Of a stretch of DNA of 64,000 bases, positions 40,462 to 49,350 are shown in pieces. Numbering within the stretch: the stretch's first letter is position 1; every line of letters begins with the position of its first letter. Made by a program: the position numbers and the translations under genes. The notes under the pieces are model-generated. The model searched no databases and was not told the origin of the DNA. It saw only the letters and a program-made list of their open reading frames with translations. Where the stretch lies: assembly GCA_021780755.1 (NCBI GenBank), contig JAJXYF010000014.1, forward strand, positions 31,888 through 95,887. Direction: 5' to 3'. This DNA comes from Deltaproteobacteria bacterium. Lineage in GTDB: Bacteria > Desulfobacterota > Binatia > Binatales > Binataceae.

Positions 40462-41754
40462 TCAGGCGACCGCAGCTTTGCGCAGGCGTCCGGCGACCGG
40501 CACGCTGACCCGCGCGCGCATCGCGACCACGCCGTCGTGATATTCCTCGCTCAGCACTTCGCCGTCGCGTCGCGCCATCGCGATCAGGTCGCCGCGGTTG
40601 GCCGCGAGCGTGACGCTGACTTCTTCGCGCAGGCTGGCGAACGACCGCGCGATCGCATGGAGCAGGCGGTCGAGTCCCTCGCGGCGGAGCGCAGAGATCG
40701 CGACGGTCTCGAAGCCGTTGGTGACGCGCGGCGGGAATTCGAGCAGGTCGGCTTTGTTCATCACGATCAGACGGGGCGCGGCGCCCGCGCCGATCTCCTC
40801 GAGCACGCGATCGACGATCTCCATCTGCTCACCGGCGAGCGGTGAGCTGGCGTCAACCACGTGCAGCAGCAGGTCGGCGGTGCGCACCTCTTCGAGTGTG
40901 GCCTTGAAGGCCTCGACCAGCAGGTGGGGCAAGCGATGGATAAAGCCGACGGTGTCGGCGAGCATCACGGTGGACTTGCCCGGCAGGCTCAAGCGGCGAA
41001 TGGTCGGGTCGAGGGTCGAGAAGGGGCGATTGGCGGCCTCGACGCCGGCGTCGGTCAGCGCGTTCATCAGGGTGGATTTACCGGAGTTGGTGTAGCCGAC
41101 GAGCGCGACCGTCGGGTAGGGGACTTCGAGGCGGCGCTGGCGCTGAATCGAGCGGGTGCGCTCGACATCGCGGAGGCGGGTGCGCAGCCGGGTAAGGCGC
41201 TCGCGCACACGACGGCGGTCAACTTCAAGCTGGGTCTCGCCGGGACCGCGCGTGCCGATCCGTCCGCCACCGGCGCCGGAGCCGCCGGTCTGTCGCGACA
41301 GATGGCCCCATGCGCGGGTGAGGCGCGGCTGCAGGTAGCTCAACTGCGCGATCTCGACTTGCAGTTTGCCCTCGAGGGTGCGCGCGCGCTGCGCGAAGAT
41401 GTCGAGAATCAGTTGGCTGCGATCGACCACCCGCAGCTTGAGTTCGTTTTCGAGATTGCGGGCCTGCGCGGGGCTGAGCGCGTCGTCGAAAATGGCGAGG
41501 GTGGCGCCGCGCTCGTGTGCGAGTTCGCGGACTTCGGCGGCCTTGCCGCGCCCGATGAAGGTGCGCGGATCAATGTTCTTTAGTTTCTGCTGGACCTGCC
41601 CGGCGACTTCGGCGCCGGCGCTGGCGGCGAGAGCGCCGAGTTCGGCGAGTGAATCGTCGCTGGCGATGCCGACGGTTGAACCCAGTTCAACACCGACCAG
41701 GATGGCGCGTTCGGCGTTGTCGAAAGCTGGCGTGTGCGTAAGTCCCAGAGGCAA
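40462..41754 (-). CDS. hflX: GTPase HflX
   Basis: LILDIFAQRA, GPGETQLE.DRR, GYTNSGKST, DTVGFI, NKAD. Confidence 0.97.
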   Translation of the reverse strand: MPLGLTHTPAFDNAERAILVGVELGSTVGIASDDSLAELGALAASAGAEVAGQVQQKLKNIDPRTFIGRGKAAEVRELAHERGATLAIFDDALSPAQARNLENELKLRVVDRSQLILDIFAQRARTLEGKLQVEIAQLSYLQPRLTRAWGHLSRQTGGSGAGGGRIGTRGPGETQLEVDRRRVRERLTRLRTRLRDVERTRSIQRQRRLEVPYPTVALVGYTNSGKSTLMNALTDAGVEAANRPFSTLDPTIRRLSLPGKSTVMLADTVGFIHRLPHLLVEAFKATLEEVRTADLLLHVVDASSPLAGEQMEIVDRVLEEIGAGAAPRLIVMNKADLLEFPPRVTNGFETVAISALRREGLDRLLHAIARSFASLREEVSVTLAANRGDLIAMARRDGEVLSEEYHDGVVAMRARVSVPVAGRLRKAAVA

Positions 41755-42065
41755 ATCTCCCGTTAATCAGTCAGTTCATTCTAGCAGAAGCGGCGGCTCC
41801 GTCTAAGGGAATCTTAAGGTGGCTAGTGGCAGTCCGTGGCGGTCGTATCGATTCCCTGGATGGCGAGCGGTTGAAGGCACGTTGAGAGGAGGCAAGACCT
41901 GTGGATTACGTAAAAAATATTTTCGCATTTGGCGGTCTGGTTTGAGGGATATCGCGGCCTTTTCCGCCGCGATCGACCGCCGACCGCATAATTATACTCC
42001 TTTTTCGATGAGGCCGCGCGGGTCGTGATTCGGAGGGGCGAGCCTCGGTGGGGCGAACCGCGACC

Positions 42066-42115
42066 TTAGCGAAGTTGGAGGGTGGTGGCGGAGAGCAGTT
42101 GCTTGATTCGGCGAC
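42066..42115 (-). repeat. Diverged duplicate of the last 17 codons of dnaE (direct repeat of 43525-43575)
   Basis: 41/51 nt identical by manual alignment; encodes VA(E)IKQLLSATTLQLR* vs dnaE VAEIHQLLSPSALQLR*. Confidence 0.85.
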
Positions 42116-42255
42116 ACCCGCGGTTGCTTCTCCGGCGCCCGCATCTCGACTCTGTCTGGCCGATCTTTTACTAGCCGCGCCCCTCCTGTGGATACTGTGG
42201 GCAGCAGAGACGATGCTTACTTGCGCCTCTCCCACACCACCATAAAACTGCAAGT

Positions 42256-43116
42256 ATGACCAAGGAGAATGAGACGAGTGAGAAAGCGGGCATCAAACCT
42301 GACTATGGGCAAAACCGCACTCTAGCCCAACTGGCGAGCCAGTTTTTTCCGCCGATCGAATTCAACATTGAATCTCTGACCCTATTCGAGCCGAAGAACG
42401 ACATTCAAACGCTCTCGACATATTTGAATTCGGTTTACTGGAAGCTCGGCCTCGCGGACTACCACGTATCAAAAGCGTTGTCAGCGATCCCGAGTGTCAT
42501 ACCTAATGATGAACCGAACAAGGGTAGCGCAGCATCGGCAATACACATGGCGTTAATGCGGGGTCACCACGACGAAGAAGTTGACCGTATGGAAATTGCG
42601 ATGCTTGAGACCGAAGCGCACGGTATTGCGGCGGCACAAGCGTTAGACTCAGTACCGGATATTCTATCGCAGGCTTTGTATCTCGCCCTTCGGCTCGACC
42701 TCAAGAAACCGATGCTTGAAGGTTTGCGAACGGTGCAGAGCGTTACGCAGGCTCTTGAGGACGCTGCTCTCAATTCTGTCAGCACGGGACTGAAGGAACT
42801 GGTCAACTCCGAAACATTTGAGTACCTGCGCGCGTTCGTGAACACCACAAAGCACCGAAGTTTGATCGACAACCTCTTCCACAGGTCACTTGTGGACTCG
42901 GAAGACTATGGTTTGACGATTTGCGCCTTCCGTTACGAGGAACGCAGCGGCAAAGTCAAAGGCTGGCCGTCTAAGACGTTCAAGGAATTTCTGGAATATA
43001 CGGCGGTCTACATGTCGGCGGCTGTGGGCGCGATCCTTAGAACCGCTGAAGGTCTGCTCGCCAGCTTTGCGGGCTGGCCTGCCGAGCGATTCTGGTTCAA
43101 GCTAGAAAAAATATGA
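42256..43116 (+). CDS. Hypothetical protein, AT-richer, possible Cthe_2314-type HEPN domain
   Basis: 286-aa ORF with atypical codon usage; DILSQALY and YLRAFVNTTKHR motifs. Confidence 0.6.
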   Translation: MTKENETSEKAGIKPDYGQNRTLAQLASQFFPPIEFNIESLTLFEPKNDIQTLSTYLNSVYWKLGLADYHVSKALSAIPSVIPNDEPNKGSAASAIHMALMRGHHDEEVDRMEIAMLETEAHGIAAAQALDSVPDILSQALYLALRLDLKKPMLEGLRTVQSVTQALEDAALNSVSTGLKELVNSETFEYLRAFVNTTKHRSLIDNLFHRSLVDSEDYGLTICAFRYEERSGKVKGWPSKTFKEFLEYTAVYMSAAVGAILRTAEGLLASFAGWPAERFWFKLEKI

Positions 43117-43469
43117 AGGTACTTTTTCGCCATGCCGCCACGCTCGCGCTTATGGGCTGGTATCTGATGGTGCCGCCGATCACCGACCAAGGACAAGTCG
43201 AACTCGACGTACCGATGTTGCAATGGCAGCAGGCCGACGTATTCGATGCCGCTTCGGCTTGTCAGCACGAAAAGGAGAACGAGCTTGTGTGCGATGCGGC
43301 GATCATCTCTCGAGGCACGGCAAGCGATATCAACCACTCTTGCGGTTTCGCAGCCGGAACCACTCCCCGTATCGATGATGTAATACGACTGGCAGCGCGA
43401 TTTCGGCTAAAGCGTTATGCGCACGCTCTATGCGTTGCATCTGACGATCCGCGCCTCAAGGGGAATTGA
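43113..43469 (+). CDS. Small secreted Cys-containing protein (RHAA.LAL.GWYLMVPP ... CVASDDPRLKGN)
   Basis: ATGA overlap with the upstream gene; signal-like N-terminus; four Cys. Confidence 0.7.
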   Translation: MKVLFRHAATLALMGWYLMVPPITDQGQVELDVPMLQWQQADVFDAASACQHEKENELVCDAAIISRGTASDINHSCGFAAGTTPRIDDVIRLAARFRLKRYAHALCVASDDPRLKGN

Positions 43470-43524
43470 GGATGTTCCAGCGCGCCGGATTCGGCACTTT
43501 TACAGATAAGTTCACCACTGCGAT

Positions 43525-46500
43525 TCAGCGGAGTTGGAGGGCGGAGGGGGACAGGAGTTGGTGGATTTCGGCGACGAAGCCTTCGGTCGGGGCGACGCGA
43601 TAGCCGTCGCCGAGCAGGAAGACCGCCTCGCGGCCGTCGTCGAAGCCGAGATGGAGGTAGGTGATCGAGGTGCCGGGGTAGCGCCGCAGGAGTTCCTTGA
43701 GCTGCGCCATCTCGCCGTTGGCCAGGCGCTCGCGGGGCGCGCGGATGCGGACCTCGCGCACGGCCTCGGTCAGGGCGGCGCCGATGGGGCGCAGGTCGTC
43801 CACGATGATTTGCGCGCGCTCGTCGTCAACGTCGAGCTTGCCGCGCGCCACCAGCGGTTCGTCGCCCATGATCACCGCCTCGAATTTCTGGTAGGCCTCG
43901 GGCCACACGATACATTCGACGGCGCCGTCGCGGTCCTCGAGCGAGAACGTCGCGTAGCGCTTGCCCGACTTGTTGTTCTTGAGCTTGACCGCCTGCACCA
44001 CACCGGCGAGGCGCACCTGGCTGCCGTCGGGCGCTGAGGGCAGGTCGGCGGTGGTCAGTTTGCCGATGCGCTTGAGTTCGCGGTCGTACTTATCGAGCGG
44101 ATGGGCGGTGATGTAGAAGCCGAGCGTCTCCTTCTCGAACTTCAGAATTTCCTTTTGCGGCAATTCCTCGACCGTTTCGCGCAGCGCGAGTATCGGGGTG
44201 TCGCCGCTCTTGCCGAACAGCCCGATCTGATTACGCGCGGCGTCGCTCTCGGCCTTCTGGGTGATCTTGAGCGCGTCCTCGACCAGCGCGAGCAGGGCCG
44301 CCCGCGACATGCCGGTGAAGCCCATCGCGCCGCATTTGATGAGCGCCTCGAGCACGCGGCGATTGACGATCTGGGTGCCGACACGCATGCAGAAGTCGGC
44401 GAGGTTTTTGAACTCGCCGCCGGCCTCGCGCATCGCGATAATCTCTTCGGCGGACTTCTGGCCGACGCCGCGAATCGCGCCCAGCCCGAAGCGAATCGCC
44501 TCGCCGCTGACGGTGAATTTGACCCGGCTCTGATTGACGTCGGGCGGCAGAATCGCGATGCGCATCTCGCGCAGCGCCGCGATGTTCTTGTAGCTCTTGC
44601 CGGTGTCGTCCATATCGAGCGACATCAGCGCGGCCATGAACTCGCGCGGGAAATGCGCCTTCAAGTAGGCGGTGGTGTAAGTCGTTAGCGCGTAGGCGGC
44701 GGCGTGCGAGCGATTGAAGCCGTACGAGGCGAAGGTCTGGATTTTCTCGAAGATGGATTCCGCGAGGCCCTTGTTGACGCCGTTTTTGACGGCGCCGGAG
44801 ATAAAGCGTTCGCGCTCACGCTCCATCACGGCGAGCTGCTTCTTGCCCATCGCGGCGCGCAGAATATCGGCTTCCTCGAGGGTGTAGCCGGCGAGCGCCT
44901 GCGCGGCGCGCATCACCTGTTCCTGATAAATGATGACGCCGTAGGTGTCGCGCAGCACCGGTTCGAGCAGTGGATGGTCGTACTCGACCGGCTCCTTGCC
45001 GTGCTTGCGATGGATAAACGGCTCGACCATCCCGGCGTCGAGGGTGCCGGGACGAAAGAGCGAGATCGCGGCGATCACGTCCTCGAAGCAGTTGGGCTTG
45101 AGCTCGGTCAGGAAGCGGCGCATGCCGGAGCCTTCCATCTGGAAGACGCCGACGGTGTCGCCGCGCGCGAGCAGGCGAAAGCTGTCGGGGTCATCGAGCG
45201 CGAGGCGCGTGAGGTCGGGTGCGGTCTGGCCGCTGGCGGTGATGAGGTCGAGGGTGTTGGTGATCAGGGTGAGGTTCTTGAGCGCGAGGAAGTCGAACTT
45301 GATGAGGCCGATTTCCTCGACCCCCTTCATCGAATACTGGGTGATCGAAATCGCTTCCTCGGAGCGCTCCTTGTCAACGTAGAGCGGCACCATGTCGGCG
45401 AGCGGCAGGTCCGAGATGACGACGCCGGCGGCGTGCCGCGAGGCGTGGCGCAGGAGGCCTTCGAGCTTGAAGGCGTAGTCGAAGAGTTCGGGATTTTTCT
45501 TGCGCTCGTCGGCGAGGCGCGGCTCCATCTCGAGGGCGTCTTTGAGCGGGAAGTCGCGACCCTGCTTGGGTGCCGGATAGAGTTTGACGATGCGATCGGT
45601 TTCGGCGAAGGAGAGTCCGAGCACGCGGCCGACGTCGCGAATCGCCTGCTTGCCCTTGATGGTACCGAACGTGATGATCTGGGCGACGCGATCGTCGCCG
45701 TACTTTTTGCGCACGTAGGTAAGCACTTCATCGCGGCGCTCGAAGCAGAAGTCGACGTCGATATCGGGCATCGATTTGCGCCCCGGATTGAGCCAGCGCT
45801 CGAAGAGCAGCTTGTGCTCGATCGGATCGACCTCGGTGATGCGCAATGCGTAGGAGATCAGGCTGCCGACGACCGAGCCGCGGCCGGGCCCGACCGGGAT
45901 GCCGATGGAGCGCGCGTAGTTGATGAAGTCGGCGACGATCAGCATGTAGCCGGAGAAGCCCATTTCGCGGATGACCGGCATCTCGCGGTCGAAGCGCTCG
46001 AAGTAGGGCGTTTCGTCGAAGTCGCCGCGGCGCGCGTGCATCTCGGTGAGGCGCACGGCCAGTCCGTCGCGGACGTTGCGGTCGAGCAATTCCTCGAGCT
46101 TGGCGTCGGTGAGTTCGTTCGCGCTCGAGTCGGGTCGAAAAATCGGAAAGTGAAACTTGCCGAATTCGAAGTCGAAGTCGATGCGGTTGGCGATCTCGAC
46201 GCTGTTGCGCACCGGTTCGGAATCGGCGCCGAAGGCCGCGGCCATTTCGGCCGGCGTCTTGACGTAAAGCTCATCGGTATCGAAGCGCCAGCGCGACTCG
46301 TCGGCCATGGTCTTGCCGGTCTGGATACAGAGCAGGACCTCGTGGGCCTTGGCGTCGTCGCGATGCAGATAATGGCAATCGTTGGTGGCGACCAGCGGGA
46401 GGCCCTCGGTGCGGCCGATATCGCGCAGCCGATCGTTGAGCGGGCCGTGCAGGGCGTTGTCCTGGAGTTCGAGGTAGAAGCGGCCGGGGAAGGTGCGCGC

Positions 46501-47001
46501 ATACCAGGCGGCGGCTTCGCGCGCGCGGTCCATGCGATCGGCCTTGAGCGCGCGTGCGATCTCGCCGGAGAGGCATCCGGAGAGCACGATCAATCCGTCG
46601 GAGAGTTCGGCGAGGATTTCCTTGTCGATGCGCGGTTTGTAGTAGAGGCCTTCCTTGTAGGCGGCGGTCAGGAGGCGGCACAGATTGCGGTAGCCGACGC
46701 GGTTTTGCGCGAGCAGGATCAGATGGAAGTTACCACCCGCTTCGTAGTCTTCGCTCTTGTTGTGGGGGATGCGGTCGCTGCGTTTGCCCGGCGCGAGATA
46801 GGCTTCGCATCCGATGATCGGCTTGATCCCGGCGGCCTTGGCCTTGGCGTAGAACTCGACCGCGCCGAACATGTTGCCATGGTCGGTCATCGCGATCGCG
46901 GGCATGCCGGATTTCTTCGCGTGTTCGATCAGCGGGCCGATCTTGTTGGCGCCGTCGAGCAGGCTGTACTGGGTATGGACGTGCAGATGAACGAAACTCA
47001 T
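43525..47001 (-). CDS. dnaE: DNA polymerase III alpha subunit
   Basis: FVHLHVHTQYSLLDG PHP domain, GPGRGS, PDIDVDF, KFDFL, YGFNRSH, OB fold. Confidence 0.98.
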   Translation of the reverse strand: MSFVHLHVHTQYSLLDGANKIGPLIEHAKKSGMPAIAMTDHGNMFGAVEFYAKAKAAGIKPIIGCEAYLAPGKRSDRIPHNKSEDYEAGGNFHLILLAQNRVGYRNLCRLLTAAYKEGLYYKPRIDKEILAELSDGLIVLSGCLSGEIARALKADRMDRAREAAAWYARTFPGRFYLELQDNALHGPLNDRLRDIGRTEGLPLVATNDCHYLHRDDAKAHEVLLCIQTGKTMADESRWRFDTDELYVKTPAEMAAAFGADSEPVRNSVEIANRIDFDFEFGKFHFPIFRPDSSANELTDAKLEELLDRNVRDGLAVRLTEMHARRGDFDETPYFERFDREMPVIREMGFSGYMLIVADFINYARSIGIPVGPGRGSVVGSLISYALRITEVDPIEHKLLFERWLNPGRKSMPDIDVDFCFERRDEVLTYVRKKYGDDRVAQIITFGTIKGKQAIRDVGRVLGLSFAETDRIVKLYPAPKQGRDFPLKDALEMEPRLADERKKNPELFDYAFKLEGLLRHASRHAAGVVISDLPLADMVPLYVDKERSEEAISITQYSMKGVEEIGLIKFDFLALKNLTLITNTLDLITASGQTAPDLTRLALDDPDSFRLLARGDTVGVFQMEGSGMRRFLTELKPNCFEDVIAAISLFRPGTLDAGMVEPFIHRKHGKEPVEYDHPLLEPVLRDTYGVIIYQEQVMRAAQALAGYTLEEADILRAAMGKKQLAVMERERERFISGAVKNGVNKGLAESIFEKIQTFASYGFNRSHAAAYALTTYTTAYLKAHFPREFMAALMSLDMDDTGKSYKNIAALREMRIAILPPDVNQSRVKFTVSGEAIRFGLGAIRGVGQKSAEEIIAMREAGGEFKNLADFCMRVGTQIVNRRVLEALIKCGAMGFTGMSRAALLALVEDALKITQKAESDAARNQIGLFGKSGDTPILALRETVEELPQKEILKFEKETLGFYITAHPLDKYDRELKRIGKLTTADLPSAPDGSQVRLAGVVQAVKLKNNKSGKRYATFSLEDRDGAVECIVWPEAYQKFEAVIMGDEPLVARGKLDVDDERAQIIVDDLRPIGAALTEAVREVRIRAPRERLANGEMAQLKELLRRYPGTSITYLHLGFDDGREAVFLLGDGYRVAPTEGFVAEIHQLLSPSALQLR

Positions 47002-47118
47002 CGTGAAGCGAGCGCCTCCTCCTCAGCCGCAAGTGATGCGCCGCCGCGATGGCAGCGCGCCAGACGTTCGCATTATAGCGCGACGGGGCACATCGGGGAT
47101 GGGCGGTGCGTCACGGAT

Positions 47119-47207
47119 GCCCACAGGCGCGGGCGATGGGATCGCGCCTGTGGGCGGGCTGTGGCGCGACGGCAGAGGGCGCCGAAGCATCGCTCCGGCG
47201 CCCTCTG
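47119..47207. repeat. Two adjacent perfect hairpins with mutually complementary loops
   Basis: 13-bp stem 47119-47155 and 12-bp stem 47173-47207, both with 11-nt loops (gcgatg / catcgc). Confidence 0.7.
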
Positions 47208-47234
47208 TATCGCGGCCATCCGAGGGGCTCTCGC

Positions 47235-49283
47235 TTACGGTCTCACTCTGAAAGTGAACATGCCGGTGAGATCGCCGATCGCGGGGCTGTTAGTCGGGAA
47301 ATAGGGCGCCGCCGGCAGGCTTGCGGGGTTAGGCAGATTGTCGCGGCTGCGTTTGGAGAGGGGCTTGAGCCTCCAGTTGCGCTCGATGAATTTGATGATC
47401 GAAGCGTGATCCGAGTAGGTGTGATCGACATAACCGAACCTGGCAAACCGCGACACCGCGATCATCACGGTGCGCGGGCCGTCGCCGAAGAAGTCGATCG
47501 GCTGGATGTAGCCCGAATCGTACTCTCCGCCGGATTCGTCGAAGGTGATCAGTATCGCGGTATCCTTCCACAGTTTCGGATTGGCCTGAACCGCGTCGAT
47601 GATCCGCTGAGTGAAAGCCTCGAAGAGCGGCGGGGTCGAGGTGCCGGGGTGGCTGTCGAGCAGGAAGTCAGGCTTGACGAAGGAGACCGCAGGAAGCTTG
47701 CTACTGTTGACGTCGCTGAAGAACACGTCGAGATCGACCAGATTGTTCTTGAGCGGTCCGGTCATGATCGAACGCGAGAACTGAAAGGGATTGCAGATCG
47801 CGCAGTAGAGTTCGCTGGCCAGCGGCGGGTCGGCGGCGGAATTCATCCCCTCGCCGTAGTATTTCCACGAGACTCGCCGGGCGGAGAGGGCGTCGCCGAT
47901 GGTGGGCACGGTTTGCGGCCCGATCGCGAACGCGGGTCCGTTGGGAAATTCGTAGCTCTGCTGGATCGGATTACCCAGATGGTCGTAGCTCGGATACTCA
48001 TTGTCCACCTGGTAGTAGTTCCCGGCAGCGCAATTGCCGTTGTTGAAGGGCAGATAGGGAAGAGCGCTGAGATAGCCGGTGATCGCCGCCACCCCGGGTT
48101 GAGTCGTATCCGAGCAGTTAACGAATCCTCCTAGGCTGGTGCTGCCAAGGTCGCCCTGGGCGGGACTGTCATTGGTGTAGAAGTTGTTGCTGCCCGCTTG
48201 TGGATCGGGATTTTCGATCAGATTGGCGGCCGGGGTCGCCGGATTGCCGTTGCTGTCGGTGAAGTAATAGAGGTCCGCGGTGCCGATCGCCTGCGAATTT
48301 GGCCCGGTCCCGCCCATCACGAACTGATGATAGTTGTCGTTAATCGCGTAGCTCGCGGCGAGCGAGCGAAAATAGGGATAGTCGCCCGAGGCCATGTTGT
48401 AGAAGCCCATCGCGATGCCACCCTGGAAGGTGCCCTGGTCGTCGGTCGGCGGAAGACCGTCCTTGGTAATCTGCCATCCGACGGTGGTCGCCACCCAGGC
48501 ATAGAGGTCATGAGCGCAGCCGGAGGGATTGGCGCCGGAGATATTGGCGATGCCGCAGTCGTTCTGCTGCCACATCTGGAAGAACCGATGCGCCGGGTCG
48601 CCGGTATTGTCGGTGTAGAGGGTCGGAGTTATCGACGACTTGAAGGTGGGAGTTGGACAGGAGTTGAGCTGCGACGCATCGACGATGGAATAGGGTCCGT
48701 TCGGCAGAGAGGACGGGTAGCGGCAATCGGGAACCGGATAGATGGGGAGCCCGAGGGGGAGGCCATAAAACGATTGTCCGGTACCGCCGGTCGATAACAG
48801 GCTCTGCGCGGCGGGTTCGAGCCCGTTGTCACTGCAAAACAGAATTCCCGCCGGGTCCTTGTCGAAATCCAGCAGCACGGTTGACAGATCGCAGGGCGAC
48901 GCCGGCAGCGCGTTGAGAGTGGTGCTCGGCTGCGGGAGCAGTGAGAAGGGGCCGGTTTGCGTGGGACTTAGCTGATAGCTCGTCAGATCGCTCGCCTGGT
49001 TCTGAAGCGCGAGAGCGGAATTGGGACCGGGCAGACCGGCCTGGTTAACGATCCCCTGCGAGAGCAGATTCCATACGTGCTGGCCGGGATCGGGAGGGAC
49101 GTAGGTCGCGAAGACGTTATCGAAGCTTCGATTCTCGCCAATTACTACGATCAGATGCTTGATCGGGGTGCGAGTCCGCCGGGAATTTCCGATCCCCGCG
49201 GCATGCCCTCGGTTGGCGGCAATCACGACGCACACTATTGCGAGCACGGCCGATCGCGACACACGAATCGCCCTCTCCATCAT
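47235..49283 (-). CDS. Secreted phosphoesterase (phospholipase C / acid phosphatase AcpA family)
   Basis: Signal peptide; IKHLIVVIGENRSFD, DNYHQ, LPAVSFVKP, TFDESGG, DHASI. Confidence 0.92.
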   Translation of the reverse strand: MMERAIRVSRSAVLAIVCVVIAANRGHAAGIGNSRRTRTPIKHLIVVIGENRSFDNVFATYVPPDPGQHVWNLLSQGIVNQAGLPGPNSALALQNQASDLTSYQLSPTQTGPFSLLPQPSTTLNALPASPCDLSTVLLDFDKDPAGILFCSDNGLEPAAQSLLSTGGTGQSFYGLPLGLPIYPVPDCRYPSSLPNGPYSIVDASQLNSCPTPTFKSSITPTLYTDNTGDPAHRFFQMWQQNDCGIANISGANPSGCAHDLYAWVATTVGWQITKDGLPPTDDQGTFQGGIAMGFYNMASGDYPYFRSLAASYAINDNYHQFVMGGTGPNSQAIGTADLYYFTDSNGNPATPAANLIENPDPQAGSNNFYTNDSPAQGDLGSTSLGGFVNCSDTTQPGVAAITGYLSALPYLPFNNGNCAAGNYYQVDNEYPSYDHLGNPIQQSYEFPNGPAFAIGPQTVPTIGDALSARRVSWKYYGEGMNSAADPPLASELYCAICNPFQFSRSIMTGPLKNNLVDLDVFFSDVNSSKLPAVSFVKPDFLLDSHPGTSTPPLFEAFTQRIIDAVQANPKLWKDTAILITFDESGGEYDSGYIQPIDFFGDGPRTVMIAVSRFARFGYVDHTYSDHASIIKFIERNWRLKPLSKRSRDNLPNPASLPAAPYFPTNSPAIGDLTGMFTFRVRP

Positions 49284-49350
49284 CCACCACCTCCCGTTGC
49301 AGGCCGAAACTGGACGGGCGGCGGCCGGACCGCCGCCCGCATATTTTGTG

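Noticed and set aside
41799..41890. Integron attC site near the dnaE cassette
   Set aside because: No proper RYYYAAC/GTTRRRY pair bounding the hairpin and no integron integrase in the window.
43525..47001. Intein or split in dnaE
   Set aside because: Normal length (1158 aa), continuous motifs, no intein signature.
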